This document shows, in pieces, positions 33,344 through 45,534 of a stretch of DNA of 64,000 nt. Source of the DNA: an uncultured cyanobacterium (GTDB lineage Bacteria; Cyanobacteriota; Cyanobacteriia; Cyanobacteriales; CAWUOF01); assembly GCA_963744145.1 (NCBI GenBank), contig CAVUSO010000001.1:7570711-7634710 (forward strand), in the 5' to 3' direction. The position numbers and the translations under genes were made by a program. The notes beneath the pieces are model-generated. The model did not search any database. It saw only the letters and a list, made by a program, of their open reading frames with translations, and was not told the DNA's origin. Position 1 is the stretch's first letter. Each line of letters begins with the position of its first letter.

Positions 33344-34540
33344 CTAGATTTCTATTGGCATAAAACGAAGTCTGATATAATTAACCAGAGCAGCGATCGC
33401 AAAACCAGCCATTATCATTGACATGGCGATCGAAGTACCATCAAAAAGAAAGCTAACCAGACTACTAGCAGCAGCACCAGCTAACATTCGCAAAAATCCT
33501 AACAATGCCGCAGCAACTCCAGCAATTTCTGGGAGTGGTTGGAGGGAATTGTGTGTAGCATTGGGAGCAATTATTCCATAACAAAAAGTATTAAATATTA
33601 ATAAAAACATGAGGATACTAACCTCGTTAATACCCATGACAGATACTATTACCAACCCAATCGCTGAACTGGCAGAAAATATTAATCCAAAATCTAATAA
33701 ACGACCTGATGGTATCCCTTGAAGATTTAAGCGTCCACTAACAAAAGAACCTACCATGATTCCCAGAGCCGTCAAAGCAAACAATATTCCATAGGTAGTA
33801 GTAGAGAAATTGAAAACCTTCAGCATCACTAAAGGTGAACCAGCAATATATGTGAAAATACACCCAAAACTTAAAGCATTGACAATCGCATAGTTTAAAC
33901 AAATTGGATGACTCAATACTGTCCTATAGTTTTTAATTAACTTATCCAACTTTAAAGCATTTAAGTCTGTTTTTTTGATTGATTCATTTAACCCTAATGT
34001 AATAATTATAATCAGCAAAAAACCTCCTAATGCTAATAATCCATAAATGGCTCGCCAATTAGTAAAGGTCAGTAACAACCCTCCCATAGTTGGTGCAATC
34101 ATTGGTGCTACTGTCATAACTAAATTGACATAGGAAAGTTGGGCACGAGCCAGATCACCTTCAAATAAATCTCTTACTGTTGCTAGCATTAATGTCATAC
34201 CGGCTCCGGCACCTGCACCTTGAAATAAACGAAAAATTACTAGGATATTAATTGAAGGTGCGAAAGTACAACCAAAACCAGCAATAGTAAAAATTCCACA
34301 GGCTAGAATTAGGGCTGGTTTACGACCATAGCGATCGGAAAATGGACCAAAGAAAAGCTGCGCTCCTGCATAACCGATCATAAATAGACTTAAAGTCAAT
34401 CCCACATTAGCTGATGATGTATGTAAAGATGTACTAATGATCGGTAAAGCTGGTAAAGCCATGTCTATAGATAAAGGTGGGAGCGCAGCAATGATGCCAA
34501 GTAGGATAGTAAAACCCAAAGAGTTAGGATTAATTCGCAT
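33344..34540 (-). CDS. Bcr/CflA family multidrug efflux MFS transporter
   Basis: PLSIDMALPALP, GPFSDRYGRKP, APMIAPTMGG, 12 TM pattern. Confidence 0.88.
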   Translation of the reverse strand: MRINPNSLGFTILLGIIAALPPLSIDMALPALPIISTSLHTSSANVGLTLSLFMIGYAGAQLFFGPFSDRYGRKPALILACGIFTIAGFGCTFAPSINILVIFRLFQGAGAGAGMTLMLATVRDLFEGDLARAQLSYVNLVMTVAPMIAPTMGGLLLTFTNWRAIYGLLALGGFLLIIIITLGLNESIKKTDLNALKLDKLIKNYRTVLSHPICLNYAIVNALSFGCIFTYIAGSPLVMLKVFNFSTTTYGILFALTALGIMVGSFVSGRLNLQGIPSGRLLDFGLIFSASSAIGLVIVSVMGINEVSILMFLLIFNTFCYGIIAPNATHNSLQPLPEIAGVAAALLGFLRMLAGAAASSLVSFLFDGTSIAMSMIMAGFAIAALVNYIRLRFMPIEI

Positions 34541-34563
34541 TTAAGTAAATGAATAATTTAATT

Positions 34564-34714
34564 CAATCCGGTTCAGTTAACTGTAGGGGCAAAGCATTTC
34601 GGCGCATAAATGATGGCCAAAACTCAGAAGAATATTACCGAAATGCTTTGCCCTCACCATTTATGCAACAAACAGATCAACTATATATAGTAAAATCTTA
34701 ACTGAACTGTATTG
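34564..34714. mobile_element. 151-bp IS4-type MITE (Nezha-like)
   Basis: TIRs CAATCCGGTTCAGTTAA / TTAACTGAACTGTATTG; 10-bp TSD TAATTTAATT at 34554-34563 and 34715-34724; interior homologous to 22114-22265. Confidence 0.88.
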
Positions 34715-34752
34715 TAATTTAATTGTAATTGGCTTTTCCACAATTTGTCGGG

Positions 34753-36690
34753 TTAAAGGTTCCCATTCTTAGCAATATAGGTAGCAATTTGATTGATACA
34801 ATTACGCATATTAACCTCATTATATGAAACATCATCTATAACTGTAAGGATATAGATTTTTCCAGTAATTTCCATGGCTACAGTAGTACCAAGAACATCA
34901 GCATTTTGACCAGTTTTTTCACCTAACCATTTAGCTGTTGATCCTTGCAAAGCAGCGAAACCTAAATCATGATCATGTTGATGATTAAGAATATTAACCA
35001 AAAAATCAGCGCCCGGTAATTCCCGATTATAAATTTCTAGCATCATTTCTGTCAGTTCGTTGGTAGTTAAGGAGTTATTTTGCCAACCAACATCAGTGGG
35101 CATAGTATTTTCCCCCATAAATTTAGAACTAATGCGAGTAGAATGATATCCATGTTGCTGCAACACTTGATTGATATAGTCCCAACCTAAGTAGTCAATT
35201 AATTGATTGGGGGCAATATTGCTACTTTCCGTAATCATATCTGTTAGTAATTGCTGTAAGGAATAACTTTCTCCTGAGTGAATATCCGATGCGTCTTCAG
35301 TATAGTTTCCGGCTGAAACTAAAATTGGTGTTTCCATATTAATATTCTCAGTCGCTACTTTTTCAAGCAGGGCGATCGCGATCGGTACTTTGCTTAAACT
35401 AGCGGCACTTTTAGGAATGCGATCGCCCGATATTTGGAGACATTCTCTGGTGAGATTGCAGACCGAGATCATCACTTCAGGAGCTAATCCACTCTGGTTA
35501 GCAATTTGTCTCAAAATATCTGACTTTGCTATGGCTAATTGAGTGGTTGCTATGGCTAAATAGGTTTCATATTCACCAAATTTTTTATTAGCATATTTTC
35601 CTAAAAAAGATTCTGGGGGAATTTGACTTAAATAATTGAGTGCTTGTTTCCAAAGTAACTTTTTTTGTTGCCAGGTTTGTGCTGATTGCTGGGGAAGTTT
35701 TGACAAATTTAATGCTTGAATGGCTAAATCAGCAGCTTTTTTCCAACTAGCATTAGCTTTTTTTTCAACTTGAATCCTTCCTTCTACTGATTCTAGATCC
35801 TGTAAAAGACTGCTATATCTTTGAAACAACACTTCATATTGAGCCGAATTTTTGAAAGAATTGAGATTCACAGCTTTGACAAATCGATTGATTTCCACCG
35901 TCAGGTGATCCCGAGCTTGATAAAGCTGTTCTACGGATTGAGCATTAATAAAAAAAGGTAATGCTGGAGTAGGTGGAGCTAACACTACGTTAGTATGAAG
36001 GAGCAAAATTAAAGGTGCTACCCACAAAACATGAATGAACCAATAGGATTGACGCTTTTGTTCCCGGTGCTGTGTTTCTTCCCGATCGGAAATTTTATAA
36101 AGATAGGATTGTCTTGATCCTGGAGGAGCAATGATAGCACTATCATTCTCTAAGGAAGCAATCTGGGTAAAAGAGGGTAGAGAAACTTCTGCTAGAGAAG
36201 TAGGGGGTTTCCATTTTTCGGTAGAAATTTCTGTTTCTGGAGGGATATTAGTAGTCTCAGCTAGTGGCAAAATTGATGGGTTTTTCAGCTTTTTGCGGTG
36301 GAATTTTTTTCGTTTTAAACCAGCATCATATAGTTTAAGCAAAAATAAAATTCCCAATAATAATTCTTTACCAATGCTGATCAGGATAACTTTGATCCCC
36401 TGAATTAAATCTTGTCTATAGTATTTGATGGTTTCACCAACATAATTTTTCAGAGCTATTAAATATGGTCGGATTAGTCTAATTTGCCCTTCCAGATCAT
36501 TATAAATCCGGGTTTGCCTAAATCTTTTAGTGATTTTCAATATTTTTATTGTCATCCAGGACAAGAATTTAATCATACCTGTCCATAACGAAATTATATA
36601 AGTCCTCAGAGCAATAGTGAGATGACGAATCCGATACATAGTATAACCCCAAAACCATGGGATAGAAATCAAAGTTGCTATTTTGGCCAA
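34753..36690 (-). CDS. membrane-anchored class A beta-lactamase-like serine hydrolase
   Basis: SxxK (ASLSK), SSN, KTG in C-terminal domain; TM and helical N-terminal region; start uncertain. Confidence 0.78.
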   Translation of the reverse strand: MAKIATLISIPWFWGYTMYRIRHLTIALRTYIISLWTGMIKFLSWMTIKILKITKRFRQTRIYNDLEGQIRLIRPYLIALKNYVGETIKYYRQDLIQGIKVILISIGKELLLGILFLLKLYDAGLKRKKFHRKKLKNPSILPLAETTNIPPETEISTEKWKPPTSLAEVSLPSFTQIASLENDSAIIAPPGSRQSYLYKISDREETQHREQKRQSYWFIHVLWVAPLILLLHTNVVLAPPTPALPFFINAQSVEQLYQARDHLTVEINRFVKAVNLNSFKNSAQYEVLFQRYSSLLQDLESVEGRIQVEKKANASWKKAADLAIQALNLSKLPQQSAQTWQQKKLLWKQALNYLSQIPPESFLGKYANKKFGEYETYLAIATTQLAIAKSDILRQIANQSGLAPEVMISVCNLTRECLQISGDRIPKSAASLSKVPIAIALLEKVATENINMETPILVSAGNYTEDASDIHSGESYSLQQLLTDMITESSNIAPNQLIDYLGWDYINQVLQQHGYHSTRISSKFMGENTMPTDVGWQNNSLTTNELTEMMLEIYNRELPGADFLVNILNHQHDHDLGFAALQGSTAKWLGEKTGQNADVLGTTVAMEITGKIYILTVIDDVSYNEVNMRNCINQIATYIAKNGNL

Positions 36691-36795
36691 CTAATGTGCT
36701 TATTATACGAGCGATCGCGTTTTTTTCTGCTAGTAAATTTACCAGCAATAACTTTGATCAGCCAGATGACCAAAAAATTTTACCCTAATGGTGAT

Positions 36796-39700
36796 TTAAT
36801 GAGTTGAGCCGATCGCTTGCAGCGCAGCGGAAAAACCCGCAGAATTAAGAGCAGCAACAGCACTGTGGGGATTTTGGACCCAAGCATGATGTCCCAGTAG
36901 CACTAATTGTAACTGTTCTTGAGCTGTGAGTAATCCGATCGCGGCTATTTTCGGTTGATCTTGATCACCGGAATATTCTTGTAAAATTGCGCGTAGATGC
37001 TGCAACTTGGCTTCATTTTGGACAAGTTCGGGAGTCAATTTAATCATGACTACCTGATCAGATTCCCACCATTGAGTTGATGGTTTGGATGGTAATAATT
37101 CTGGCTCAGGAGATATTTCTGGATCATTTGATTCCGGTAAAATTTGATTATTGTCAATCACTTGGACTTGCTCAACTATAATTTGAGTTTGTTCATCCCG
37201 TTTATGATCAATTTTACCACTTATCAGTACCGGTGCATCAGTGACTAAAAATGCGTTAACTTGTTCATAATTTTTGGGGAAAACTACTGCTTCTGCTTTC
37301 CCACTCAGGTCCTCTATTTGCAAAATAGCCATGCGATCGCCTTTCTTAGTAGTTACTGGTTTAATATCCACAATCATCACAATGACATTTATTTTCCCCC
37401 GTTGTTCTGCCAAATCGCTCACACTAATTGGTACTGGATCAAAATTTGCCGCGATTTTCTGCAAAGATTTCAGTGGATGATCAGATACATAAAAACCTAA
37501 CATATCTTTCTCAAACTGCAATTTTTCTCGCGGGATAAAATCTTTTACATCTGGTGCTTTTGGAGCCGAATCAAAATTGTTTGTCTTTGATTCACTGGGT
37601 AGATCAAATAAACTATACTGACCGCTAGAGCGATCTTTAGCTTGTTTTTGTGCCCAAGGTACTAACAGCTCAATATGTTTAATTAATTGCTGTCGATTCG
37701 GATTTAGACGATCCAAAGCTCCACATTTAATTAGAGATTCCATTGCCCGACTATTAACACTGCGTAAATCGATCCGTTCACATAAATCCTTTACCGATTG
37801 GAAAGGTCCTTTTTCATTCCGAGCTGCTAAAATATTTTCAATTGCACCCTCCCCCACATTTCTCACCGCAGATAATCCAAATAAAATCTTTCCTTCGATC
37901 GGGGTAAATTCTACTCCTGAACGATTAATATCCGGTCCTTCTACCTCAATCCCCATTCCCTGACAATTAGTAATATATTTTTGGACCTTATCCTGATCTC
38001 CACTATTAGCTGTCAGGAGAGCAGCCATATATTCAACTTTATAATTTGCTTTTAAATAAGCAGTTTGATAAGTTACATAAGCATAAGCAGTTGAGTGGGA
38101 TTTATTAAAACAATATTCAGCAAACTTAACCATCTGGTCAAACAAATTATCAGCAATTTTTTGTTTCACACCTCGTTTAGTTGCACCATCAATAAAAGTT
38201 TCCCGTTGTTTCTGCATTTCATCAGCTTTTTTCTTCCCCATTGCCCGACGTAATAAATCTGCTTGACCTAAAGAATAACCAGCTAAATCTTGAGCTACTC
38301 TCATAATTTGCTCTTGATAGACAAGTACAGCATAAGTTTCTTGGAGAATTGGTTCTAACAATTCGTGATCATATTTAATTTCTTCTTTACCATGTTTACG
38401 GTCAATAAATTTAGGAATTAGACCCGCATCTAAAGGTCCTGGACGATAAAGTGCCAAAATTGAGGAAATATCTTCAATACTAGATGGTTTCAAATCTCTG
38501 ACAATTTGACGCATTCCCGAAGATTCTAATTGAAACACTCCTTCTAAATCACCTTTTTCTAACAACTTATAGGTCTTTTCAATATCTTGAGGAAATTTTT
38601 TTGTGCGCGGAAATCTTTCTTGAGCTTTTCTTTCATCAGCTGGTAATTCATAGGGATCGAGGGTAGTACCTGTAGTTTGTTTAATATACTCTAAAGTTTT
38701 CTGAATCATCGTCAGATTTCTTAACCCCAGAAAATCCATCTTTAATAAACCTAGTGATTCTAGGTCTTCCATGAAATACTGAGTAATTACTGCACCATCA
38801 TTATTTTTTTGGAGCGGAACAATTTCATCTAAAGGTTGAGAAGAAATTACAATCCCAGCAGCATGAACCCCAAAAGTTTTATTAGTACCTTCAATCCGAA
38901 TTGCCATATCTAACCACTGTCGGACTGAGATTTTTCTCACTTCTCCAGTTTCGTGAGGATTAAGGGTAATGTCGTCATTTTCGTAGGCTTTTTTAAAATC
39001 TGGTTCCGGAGTTTCATCTGAAATCATGACTGACAATTTCTCCGGTTTTCCCCGCGATACAGGAATTAATTTAGCCATCTTATCCGCATCTCCGTAGGGA
39101 ATATCTAATACTCGTGCTACATCTTTTAAGACTGCTTTCGATGTCATGCGGTTAAAAGTAATAATTTGTGCTACTTTATCAGCTCCATATTTGTCGGTGA
39201 CATATTTAATTACATCATCCCGTTTCTCGATACAGAAATCTGTATCAATATCGGGCATAGATTTACGTTCTGGGTTTAAAAATCGCTCAAATAAAAGTCC
39301 ATGATGGACGGGATCAATATTAGTAATTTTTAAAACATAAGCAACTAAAGAACCTGCTGCTGATCCCCGTCCTGGTCCGACTGGAATATGATGATCTCTG
39401 GCATATTTGATGTAGTCCCAAACTACTAAAAAGTAAGTAGAAAACCCCATTTGCTGAATCATTTTTAATTCATATTCTAACCTTTCTTTATAGACAGGTT
39501 TAATTTCCTGATTTGATTTTACCCCTAATCTTTCCCGTAATCCTTGCCAAGCAATTTCTTCTACATAAGTATCGGCTGTATGATTACCAGGAACTTTATA
39601 TTCAGGTAGACGTGGTTCATTAAACAGATTATAGGGTTGGACTTTTTCTGCTACTTCGAGAGTATTCGCGATCGCTTCTTGAATCACATCATCTGGTAAA

Positions 39701-40458
39701 TGATCGCGAAATAGCTGTGCCATTTCTTCAGCAGATTTGAGATATTCTGTACCACTATAGCGGAGTCGTTTTTCTTCAGTAATGATTTTTCCCGTATTAA
39801 TACATAATAAGGCATCATGGGCTTCTACATCATAACAGGAGATATAATGGGAATCATTAGTCGCGACAATTTTAATGCCGAGTTCCCGCGCAATTTTGAC
39901 AATTTCGACATTAACAATTCGGTCTTCCCGAGAACCATGATCTTGGATTTCTAAATAATAATCATCCCCAAATATGGTTTGATATTCCTGTGCTATTTTC
40001 CGAGCCAGATCAAGTTTACCTTGAAGAATTGCTTGAGGAACTTCTCCACCTAAACAAGCACTGGTAACAATTAATCCTTCTCGATATTGTTTTAATAGTT
40101 CTTTATTAATACAAGGTCGAATTTGATAGCCTTTTAAATGAGAAATTGTGGTAAGTTTAACTAAATTTTTATAACCTTCAGTATTTTTAGCCAAAACAAT
40201 TTGATGATATCTTTTGCGACCACGTTCTTTTTTTTCAATATCACCATTGACTACATACATTTCATTCCCGATAATCGGTTTAACACCTTTACCACGACAA
40301 ACTTTAATTAATTCGATCGCACCATACATCACACCATGATCCGTAATTGCGATCGCTTTCATCCCTAACTCTACAGCCCGATCAATTAACTGGGGAAGTT
40401 GGGAAGCACCGTCAAGCAGACTATAGTCACTGTGAATATGTAAGCCAACAAAAGACAT
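36796..40458 (-). CDS. dnaE: DNA polymerase III alpha subunit, contiguous and intein-free
   Basis: PHP ([11 protein letters not shown]), [35 protein letters not shown], HhH and OB domains in a single 1220-aa ORF. Confidence 0.97.
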   Translation of the reverse strand: MSFVGLHIHSDYSLLDGASQLPQLIDRAVELGMKAIAITDHGVMYGAIELIKVCRGKGVKPIIGNEMYVVNGDIEKKERGRKRYHQIVLAKNTEGYKNLVKLTTISHLKGYQIRPCINKELLKQYREGLIVTSACLGGEVPQAILQGKLDLARKIAQEYQTIFGDDYYLEIQDHGSREDRIVNVEIVKIARELGIKIVATNDSHYISCYDVEAHDALLCINTGKIITEEKRLRYSGTEYLKSAEEMAQLFRDHLPDDVIQEAIANTLEVAEKVQPYNLFNEPRLPEYKVPGNHTADTYVEEIAWQGLRERLGVKSNQEIKPVYKERLEYELKMIQQMGFSTYFLVVWDYIKYARDHHIPVGPGRGSAAGSLVAYVLKITNIDPVHHGLLFERFLNPERKSMPDIDTDFCIEKRDDVIKYVTDKYGADKVAQIITFNRMTSKAVLKDVARVLDIPYGDADKMAKLIPVSRGKPEKLSVMISDETPEPDFKKAYENDDITLNPHETGEVRKISVRQWLDMAIRIEGTNKTFGVHAAGIVISSQPLDEIVPLQKNNDGAVITQYFMEDLESLGLLKMDFLGLRNLTMIQKTLEYIKQTTGTTLDPYELPADERKAQERFPRTKKFPQDIEKTYKLLEKGDLEGVFQLESSGMRQIVRDLKPSSIEDISSILALYRPGPLDAGLIPKFIDRKHGKEEIKYDHELLEPILQETYAVLVYQEQIMRVAQDLAGYSLGQADLLRRAMGKKKADEMQKQRETFIDGATKRGVKQKIADNLFDQMVKFAEYCFNKSHSTAYAYVTYQTAYLKANYKVEYMAALLTANSGDQDKVQKYITNCQGMGIEVEGPDINRSGVEFTPIEGKILFGLSAVRNVGEGAIENILAARNEKGPFQSVKDLCERIDLRSVNSRAMESLIKCGALDRLNPNRQQLIKHIELLVPWAQKQAKDRSSGQYSLFDLPSESKTNNFDSAPKAPDVKDFIPREKLQFEKDMLGFYVSDHPLKSLQKIAANFDPVPISVSDLAEQRGKINVIVMIVDIKPVTTKKGDRMAILQIEDLSGKAEAVVFPKNYEQVNAFLVTDAPVLISGKIDHKRDEQTQIIVEQVQVIDNNQILPESNDPEISPEPELLPSKPSTQWWESDQVVMIKLTPELVQNEAKLQHLRAILQEYSGDQDQPKIAAIGLLTAQEQLQLVLLGHHAWVQNPHSAVAALNSAGFSAALQAIGSTH

Positions 40459-40528
40459 AATTAGCCATCAATAATAAATGGAAAAAATGTCAGGGTGTAT
40501 AATCTACACCCCGACCATAACACTTGGT

Positions 40529-41986
40529 TTAAAGAGTTGGTTTTTGCAAATGCCAATCTGTAGATTGTTCATAAGCATGAGCCACTTCCAACAGGAGTTT
40601 TTCCTGTAACACATTACCAATTAACTGCATTCCAATCGGTAACCCATGATCATCAAAACCACAGGGTACACTGATTCCTGGTAAACCAGCTAGATTGACC
40701 GGAATAGTCATCAAGTCAGATAAATACATACTCAATGGGTCAGCAGTTTTTTCTCCAGCTTTAAAAGCAGTCGTCGGAGCAGTGGGAGATACTAACACAT
40801 CCACTTGAGCAAAAGCCCGATCGAAATCTTCTTTAATTAGAGTACGGACTTTTTGAGCTTTCAGATAATAAGCATCATAATAACCAGCCGATAGTGCGTA
40901 AGTGCCGATCATAATCCGACGCTTAACTTCTGGACCAAAACCTTTAGCCCGAGTTTCTCCATACATCTCCAAGAGATTATCAGCATCAGCAGCTCTAAAC
41001 CCATATTTAACTCCATCATAGCGAGCTAAATTAGCAGAAGCTTCTGAAGGGGCAATAATATAATAAGTCGGTAAACCGTAGCAGAATAGGGGACAGGAAA
41101 CTACTTGAATTTCGGCTCCTAGCTGCTGGAAGACCTCGACTGCTTTAGTTACAGCTTTTTCGACCACAGAATCTAACCCAGAGCCAAAAGTTTCTTTAAT
41201 CACTCCAATTCTTAACTGACCTCTTGGTCTTAAATTTGGTTTAAGGGATTGGGAGTAATCGGGGATTTTTACATCTAGACTGGTCGAGTCTTTGGGATCA
41301 TAACCAGCGATCGCACCTAATAAAATCGCTGCATCATCGACTGATCGACCAAACGGGCCAATTTGATCTAAGGAAGAAGCATAAGCTACTAATCCATAAC
41401 GAGAAACTAAACCATAAGTAGGTTTCATTCCCACTACCCCACAGAAGGACGCGGGTTGACGGATTGAGCCACCTGTATCTGATCCTAACGCAATCTGACA
41501 CTCACCTGCGGCTACTGCCGCGGCTGAACCACCAGAAGAACCACCGGGCACCCGCGCTAAATCCCAAGGATTAGCAGTTAATTGGTAAGCGGAAGTTTCG
41601 GTGGAACTACCCATCGCAAACTCATCCATATTGGTTTTACCGATCATCACTGCTCCAGCAAGAGCAAGTTTTTGGGTGACGGTAGACTCGTAGGGGGGCA
41701 CAAAATTTTCTAAAATACGGGAACCACAAGTGGTGGAAATTCCCTGGGTACACATATTGTCTTTAATCGCGATCGGAATGCCCGCTAATAACCCAATTTC
41801 TTCTCCAGCAGCAATTTTAGCATCGACTGCACGGGCCTGTTCTAGGGCTCGATCAGCTGTTACACATAAGAAACTACGTAATTTTGGCTCTAATCGCTGA
41901 ACACGTTCTAATGCTTCTTGAGTGATGTCTACTGCGGAACGTTCTTTACGGATGAGTTGTTTATGCAACTCGCGAATGGATGCCAT
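40529..41986 (-). CDS. gatA: Asp/Glu-tRNA amidotransferase subunit A
   Basis: [43 protein letters not shown]. Confidence 0.96.
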   Translation of the reverse strand: MASIRELHKQLIRKERSAVDITQEALERVQRLEPKLRSFLCVTADRALEQARAVDAKIAAGEEIGLLAGIPIAIKDNMCTQGISTTCGSRILENFVPPYESTVTQKLALAGAVMIGKTNMDEFAMGSSTETSAYQLTANPWDLARVPGGSSGGSAAAVAAGECQIALGSDTGGSIRQPASFCGVVGMKPTYGLVSRYGLVAYASSLDQIGPFGRSVDDAAILLGAIAGYDPKDSTSLDVKIPDYSQSLKPNLRPRGQLRIGVIKETFGSGLDSVVEKAVTKAVEVFQQLGAEIQVVSCPLFCYGLPTYYIIAPSEASANLARYDGVKYGFRAADADNLLEMYGETRAKGFGPEVKRRIMIGTYALSAGYYDAYYLKAQKVRTLIKEDFDRAFAQVDVLVSPTAPTTAFKAGEKTADPLSMYLSDLMTIPVNLAGLPGISVPCGFDDHGLPIGMQLIGNVLQEKLLLEVAHAYEQSTDWHLQKPTL

Positions 41987-42189
41987 GTTTTTACCTTCCT
42001 TAATTCAACTTTCCGACCCACTAGAATCAACCAACACATAAGTTTAATTTAGACTGCTGTTTGGAGAAGATTCCACCAAGGGAATTGTAACAGGCACAAA
42101 CAACAGTGTATGATAAATATGTGCAAGCATACTTTTGGTAATATGTCTATATATTAGTTGTAGTTATTATGCTGATGCTCAGATCATCG

Positions 42190-42314
42190 ACCTAACCCCC
42201 CAACCCCCTTCCCTAGGAGGGCAGGGGGAGTAATTAAGATGATTAAATTGATGGGAGTGAATCAGACTCATTCTTGCTCCCCTTTCCTCTGGGTCGAGGG
42301 GTTGGGGGAGAGGT
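42190..42314. repeat. dispersed palindromic repeat, copy 2
   Basis: Homologous to 6295-6410. Confidence 0.75.
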
Positions 42315-42402
42315 GTTCTTAAGCCATGAAACAGCCCTGCTCTTTTTAAGGGGGCAATTCTATGCACCCTCATTAAAAATTGGGATAACCTGCTTAAGCT
42401 AA

Positions 42403-42689
42403 TCAAAGCAATGTATTTGGATCAATACCCAACTCGCGCAGTTTGGCTGCTAGTCTTTCAGCTTGCTGTTGGGCTTCAGTTGCTTGTCGTTGGGCTTCAG
42501 TTGCTTGCAGTTTGGCTGCCCACTACTCCAAACCCATCGGGGCGCTTATGCCAGTTCGGGTGGTTAATATCATAGTAAAGATAGAGATCGATTGGATCTT
42601 CGCGCTTGTAAATCATACATGGTCGGCAAGTTCTGCGGCGATAATAGTGGTAGATCAAAGTTCGGTGGTAAGCGAGTAGGATTATTCAT
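42403..42689 (-). pseudogene. Uma2 family endonuclease remnant with internal deletions
   Basis: Minus-strand fragments LPTMYDL, LYYDINHPNWHKRPDGFGVV and QQAERLAAKLRELGIDP in different frames. Confidence 0.75.
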
Positions 42690-42925
42690 ATTAAACATCC
42701 AGTCAGGTTTTGACTATAATTTTAACTATTTTTATCACTCTTTTGGTCGCGATCGCTGGAGATCAAATTACTCCAGCAATAGTAAAGATCCCGATTAGCG
42801 ATCGCTATATTAATTAATATTCCGATCGAGCGATCGCGATCGACCCAGTTAACAGCAAGTCTATCCTAACTCATAGCTGATAATTTTCAAGTTATAATGA
42901 CTATGACATCAGCCATCAAAAACTC

Positions 42926-43804
42926 ATGTTTCCCTTTCAATATCCAGTTCCTCAACAAGATCCTCCGGCTCCCCCGCGAGAAACCCTCCCTACCATGTAT
43001 GATCTACCTAGTGAAAACCCGGAGGAACCTGGTTTGCCCGATGAATTTCATGATTGGCAACCTCAATTTTTAAGTCAGACCTTTCGCCCGACTAAATACC
43101 CCAGTTCCCAAGTATTTAGTGCCAGCGATATGAATCTTTACTATGATGTGCGTCATCCCCTCTGGTACAAACGACCCGATTGGTTTGGAGTAGTAGGTGT
43201 GTCGCGCTTTTATGATGAAGTTGATTTGCGTCTTTCTTATGTAGTGTGGCAAGAAGGAGTCAATCCCTTAGTAGTGGTAGAATTACTCTCACCAGGAACA
43301 GAACAGGAAGATTTAGGTGAGGGAAATCGAAAAGATGAATTGGTAGCAGGGAATGGCAAAGACATAGACAGAAAACAGAAACCACCGAGGAAGTGGGAAG
43401 TGTATGAGCAAATCTTACGCATTCCTTACTATTTTGCCTTCAACCGTTATACCAATGAACTGAGAGCATTTCGATTAATCGGGGGGCATTATCAGGAATG
43501 GGAGCTAGAAACCCAGGGTGGATGGATTGAGGAATTAGGGTTAGGATTAGGTGGATGGCAAGGTGAGTATCAAGGTTTAGAGCGATTATGGCTACGCTGG
43601 TATGATCAAAATGGTAATTGGATTCTGACGGAAACTGAACAAGAACGTCTGAGAGCCGAACAAGAACAACTTCGGGCCCAACAAGAACAACTTCGGGCCC
43701 AACAAGAACGTCTGAGAGCCGAACAAGCCGAATCAAAGTTAGCCGAGTTGCTCCAACGATTGCAGGAGTCAGGAATTGATCCTAATCAGTTTTTGCCTGG
43801 TTAG
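42926..43804 (+). CDS. Uma2 family endonuclease (copy 1)
   Basis: LPTMYDLPSENPEEPGLPDEFH, KRPDWF, VELLSPGT, KWEVYEQILRIPYY; coiled-coil tail. Confidence 0.88.
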   Translation: MFPFQYPVPQQDPPAPPRETLPTMYDLPSENPEEPGLPDEFHDWQPQFLSQTFRPTKYPSSQVFSASDMNLYYDVRHPLWYKRPDWFGVVGVSRFYDEVDLRLSYVVWQEGVNPLVVVELLSPGTEQEDLGEGNRKDELVAGNGKDIDRKQKPPRKWEVYEQILRIPYYFAFNRYTNELRAFRLIGGHYQEWELETQGGWIEELGLGLGGWQGEYQGLERLWLRWYDQNGNWILTETEQERLRAEQEQLRAQQEQLRAQQERLRAEQAESKLAELLQRLQESGIDPNQFLPG

Positions 43805-43970
43805 TTAATCCTAACTGTTAGCGCGATCGCTTCCATCAAACTAATGAGAGCGATCAGAAAAATCCCAATTAGCGATCGCTATATTAATTAATATTCCGAT
43901 CGAGCGATCGCGATCGACCCAGTTAACAGCAAGTCTATCCTAACTCATAGCTGATAATTTTCAAGTTATA

Positions 43971-44873
43971 ATGACCATGACATCAGCGATCAGCGAACTT
44001 ATGTTTCCCTTTCCCTATCCAGTTCCCCAACAAGATCCTCCGGCTCCCCCGCGAGAAACGCTCCCTACCATGTATGATCTACCTAGTGAAAACCCGGAGG
44101 AACCTGGTTTGCCCGATGAATTTCATGATTGGCAACCTCAATTTTTAAGTCAGACCTTTCGCCCGACTAAATACCCCAGTTCCCAAGTATTTAGTGCCAG
44201 CGATATGAATCTTTACTATGATGTGCGTCATCCCCTCTGGTACAAACGACCCGATTGGTTTGGAGTAGTAGGTGTGTCGCGCTTTTATGATGAAGTTGAT
44301 TTGCGTCTTTCTTATGTAGTGTGGCAAGAAGGAGTCAATCCCTTAGTAGTGGTAGAATTACTCTCACCAGGAACAGAACAGGAAGATTTAGGTGAGGGTA
44401 ATTTAGATCAATTGTCTCGAAAAAATGAATTGGTAGCAGGGAATGGCAAAGACATAGACAGAAAACAGAAACCACCGAGGAAGTGGGAAGTGTATGAGCA
44501 AATCTTACGCATTCCTTACTATTTTGCCTTCAACCGTTATACCAATGAACTGAGAGCATTTCGATTAATCGGGGGGCATTATCAGGGGTGGGAGCTAGAA
44601 ACCCAGGGTGGATGGATTGAGGAATTAGGGTTAGGATTAGGTGGATGGCAAGGTGAGTATCAAGGGTTAGAGCGATTATGGCTACGCTGGTATGATGAAA
44701 ATGGTAATTGGATTCTGACGGAAACTGAACAAGAACGTCTGAGAACCCAACAAGAACAACAGCGTGCTGAACAAGAACGTATCAGGATCGAACAAGCCGA
44801 ATCAAAGTTAGCCGAGTTGCTTCAACGATTGCAGGAGTCAGGAATTGATCCTAATCAGTTTTTGCCTGGTTAG
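43971..44873 (+). CDS. Uma2 family endonuclease (copy 2, tandem duplicate)
   Basis: Near-identical to copy 1 including about 110 bp upstream; differs by short indels. Confidence 0.88.
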   Translation: MTMTSAISELMFPFPYPVPQQDPPAPPRETLPTMYDLPSENPEEPGLPDEFHDWQPQFLSQTFRPTKYPSSQVFSASDMNLYYDVRHPLWYKRPDWFGVVGVSRFYDEVDLRLSYVVWQEGVNPLVVVELLSPGTEQEDLGEGNLDQLSRKNELVAGNGKDIDRKQKPPRKWEVYEQILRIPYYFAFNRYTNELRAFRLIGGHYQGWELETQGGWIEELGLGLGGWQGEYQGLERLWLRWYDENGNWILTETEQERLRTQQEQQRAEQERIRIEQAESKLAELLQRLQESGIDPNQFLPG

Positions 44874-45035
44874 TTCATCTGGTCTAACAATCAGTAATTT
44901 TGGGGCGATCGTAATTTGCTCGCTCCTGATGCGATCGACCGAAATTAACGTTTCGCCTTCTCGATTTGATGGTTAGAAATAATCAACCTGGTTTTCTATT
45001 AGTCTTCCCAACGAGTATTTGAGGTTGATCAACTT

Positions 45036-45296
45036 TTATAGTATGTATATGCCTGATTCAGCATCATCCCCAGGTAGAATTTCACGACGGTTTTTAATAC
45101 CTTTACTTTCGCACAAATCTGCAAAAGATTCTAAACTCTCTAATCTTGCTGAAAGTTCACTCAATCCATCTAAATATTCAGCTACAGCAATTTGGCGATC
45201 GGTCCATGATTGATCAAATTTAGTAGAACTATAGGACATTTCAAACTCTACATCAACATTAGTTTTTTTGGCTTTGATTTGGTCAGGAGATAATGC
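45036..45296 (-). pseudogene. 5'-truncated gene remnant
   Basis: Frame continues upstream of ATG 45239 (ALSPDQIKAKKTNVDVEFE) to a HIP1 site at 45297-45304. Confidence 0.4.
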
Positions 45297-45344
45297 GCGA
45301 TCGCTTCACCAGAGAGAGCTAATCTTCATTCTAACCTATTTGAT

Positions 45345-45475
45345 TTTTCCAATTTTCGGTAAAAGTGTTTCCAAAGATAGTAAATCATCTTTCCTAAAGC
45401 ATTCTTGAAATCTACTTGAGTCAAATCTACTATGTTTAACAACAAGAAATTGGTTAAGTAATTAACAAGTTTTGC
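45345..45475 (+). promoter_or_regulatory. repeated promoter module, copy A (upstream of DUF1565 gene)
   Basis: TTTCC-n7-GGTAA and TTTCC-n6-AGTAAA boxes; TTGAAA(45405)-17nt-TACTAT(45428). Confidence 0.7.
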
Positions 45476-45534
45476 TCATCATAGATATTCAGATGGGTTG
45501 AGTTCTGAAATTTGTAAATAGTTACAAGGTTTTT

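Noticed and set aside
42179..42798. ORFs 42179-42406, 42443-42679 and 42592-42798
   Set aside because: Explained by the dispersed repeat and the antisense of the Uma2 remnant.
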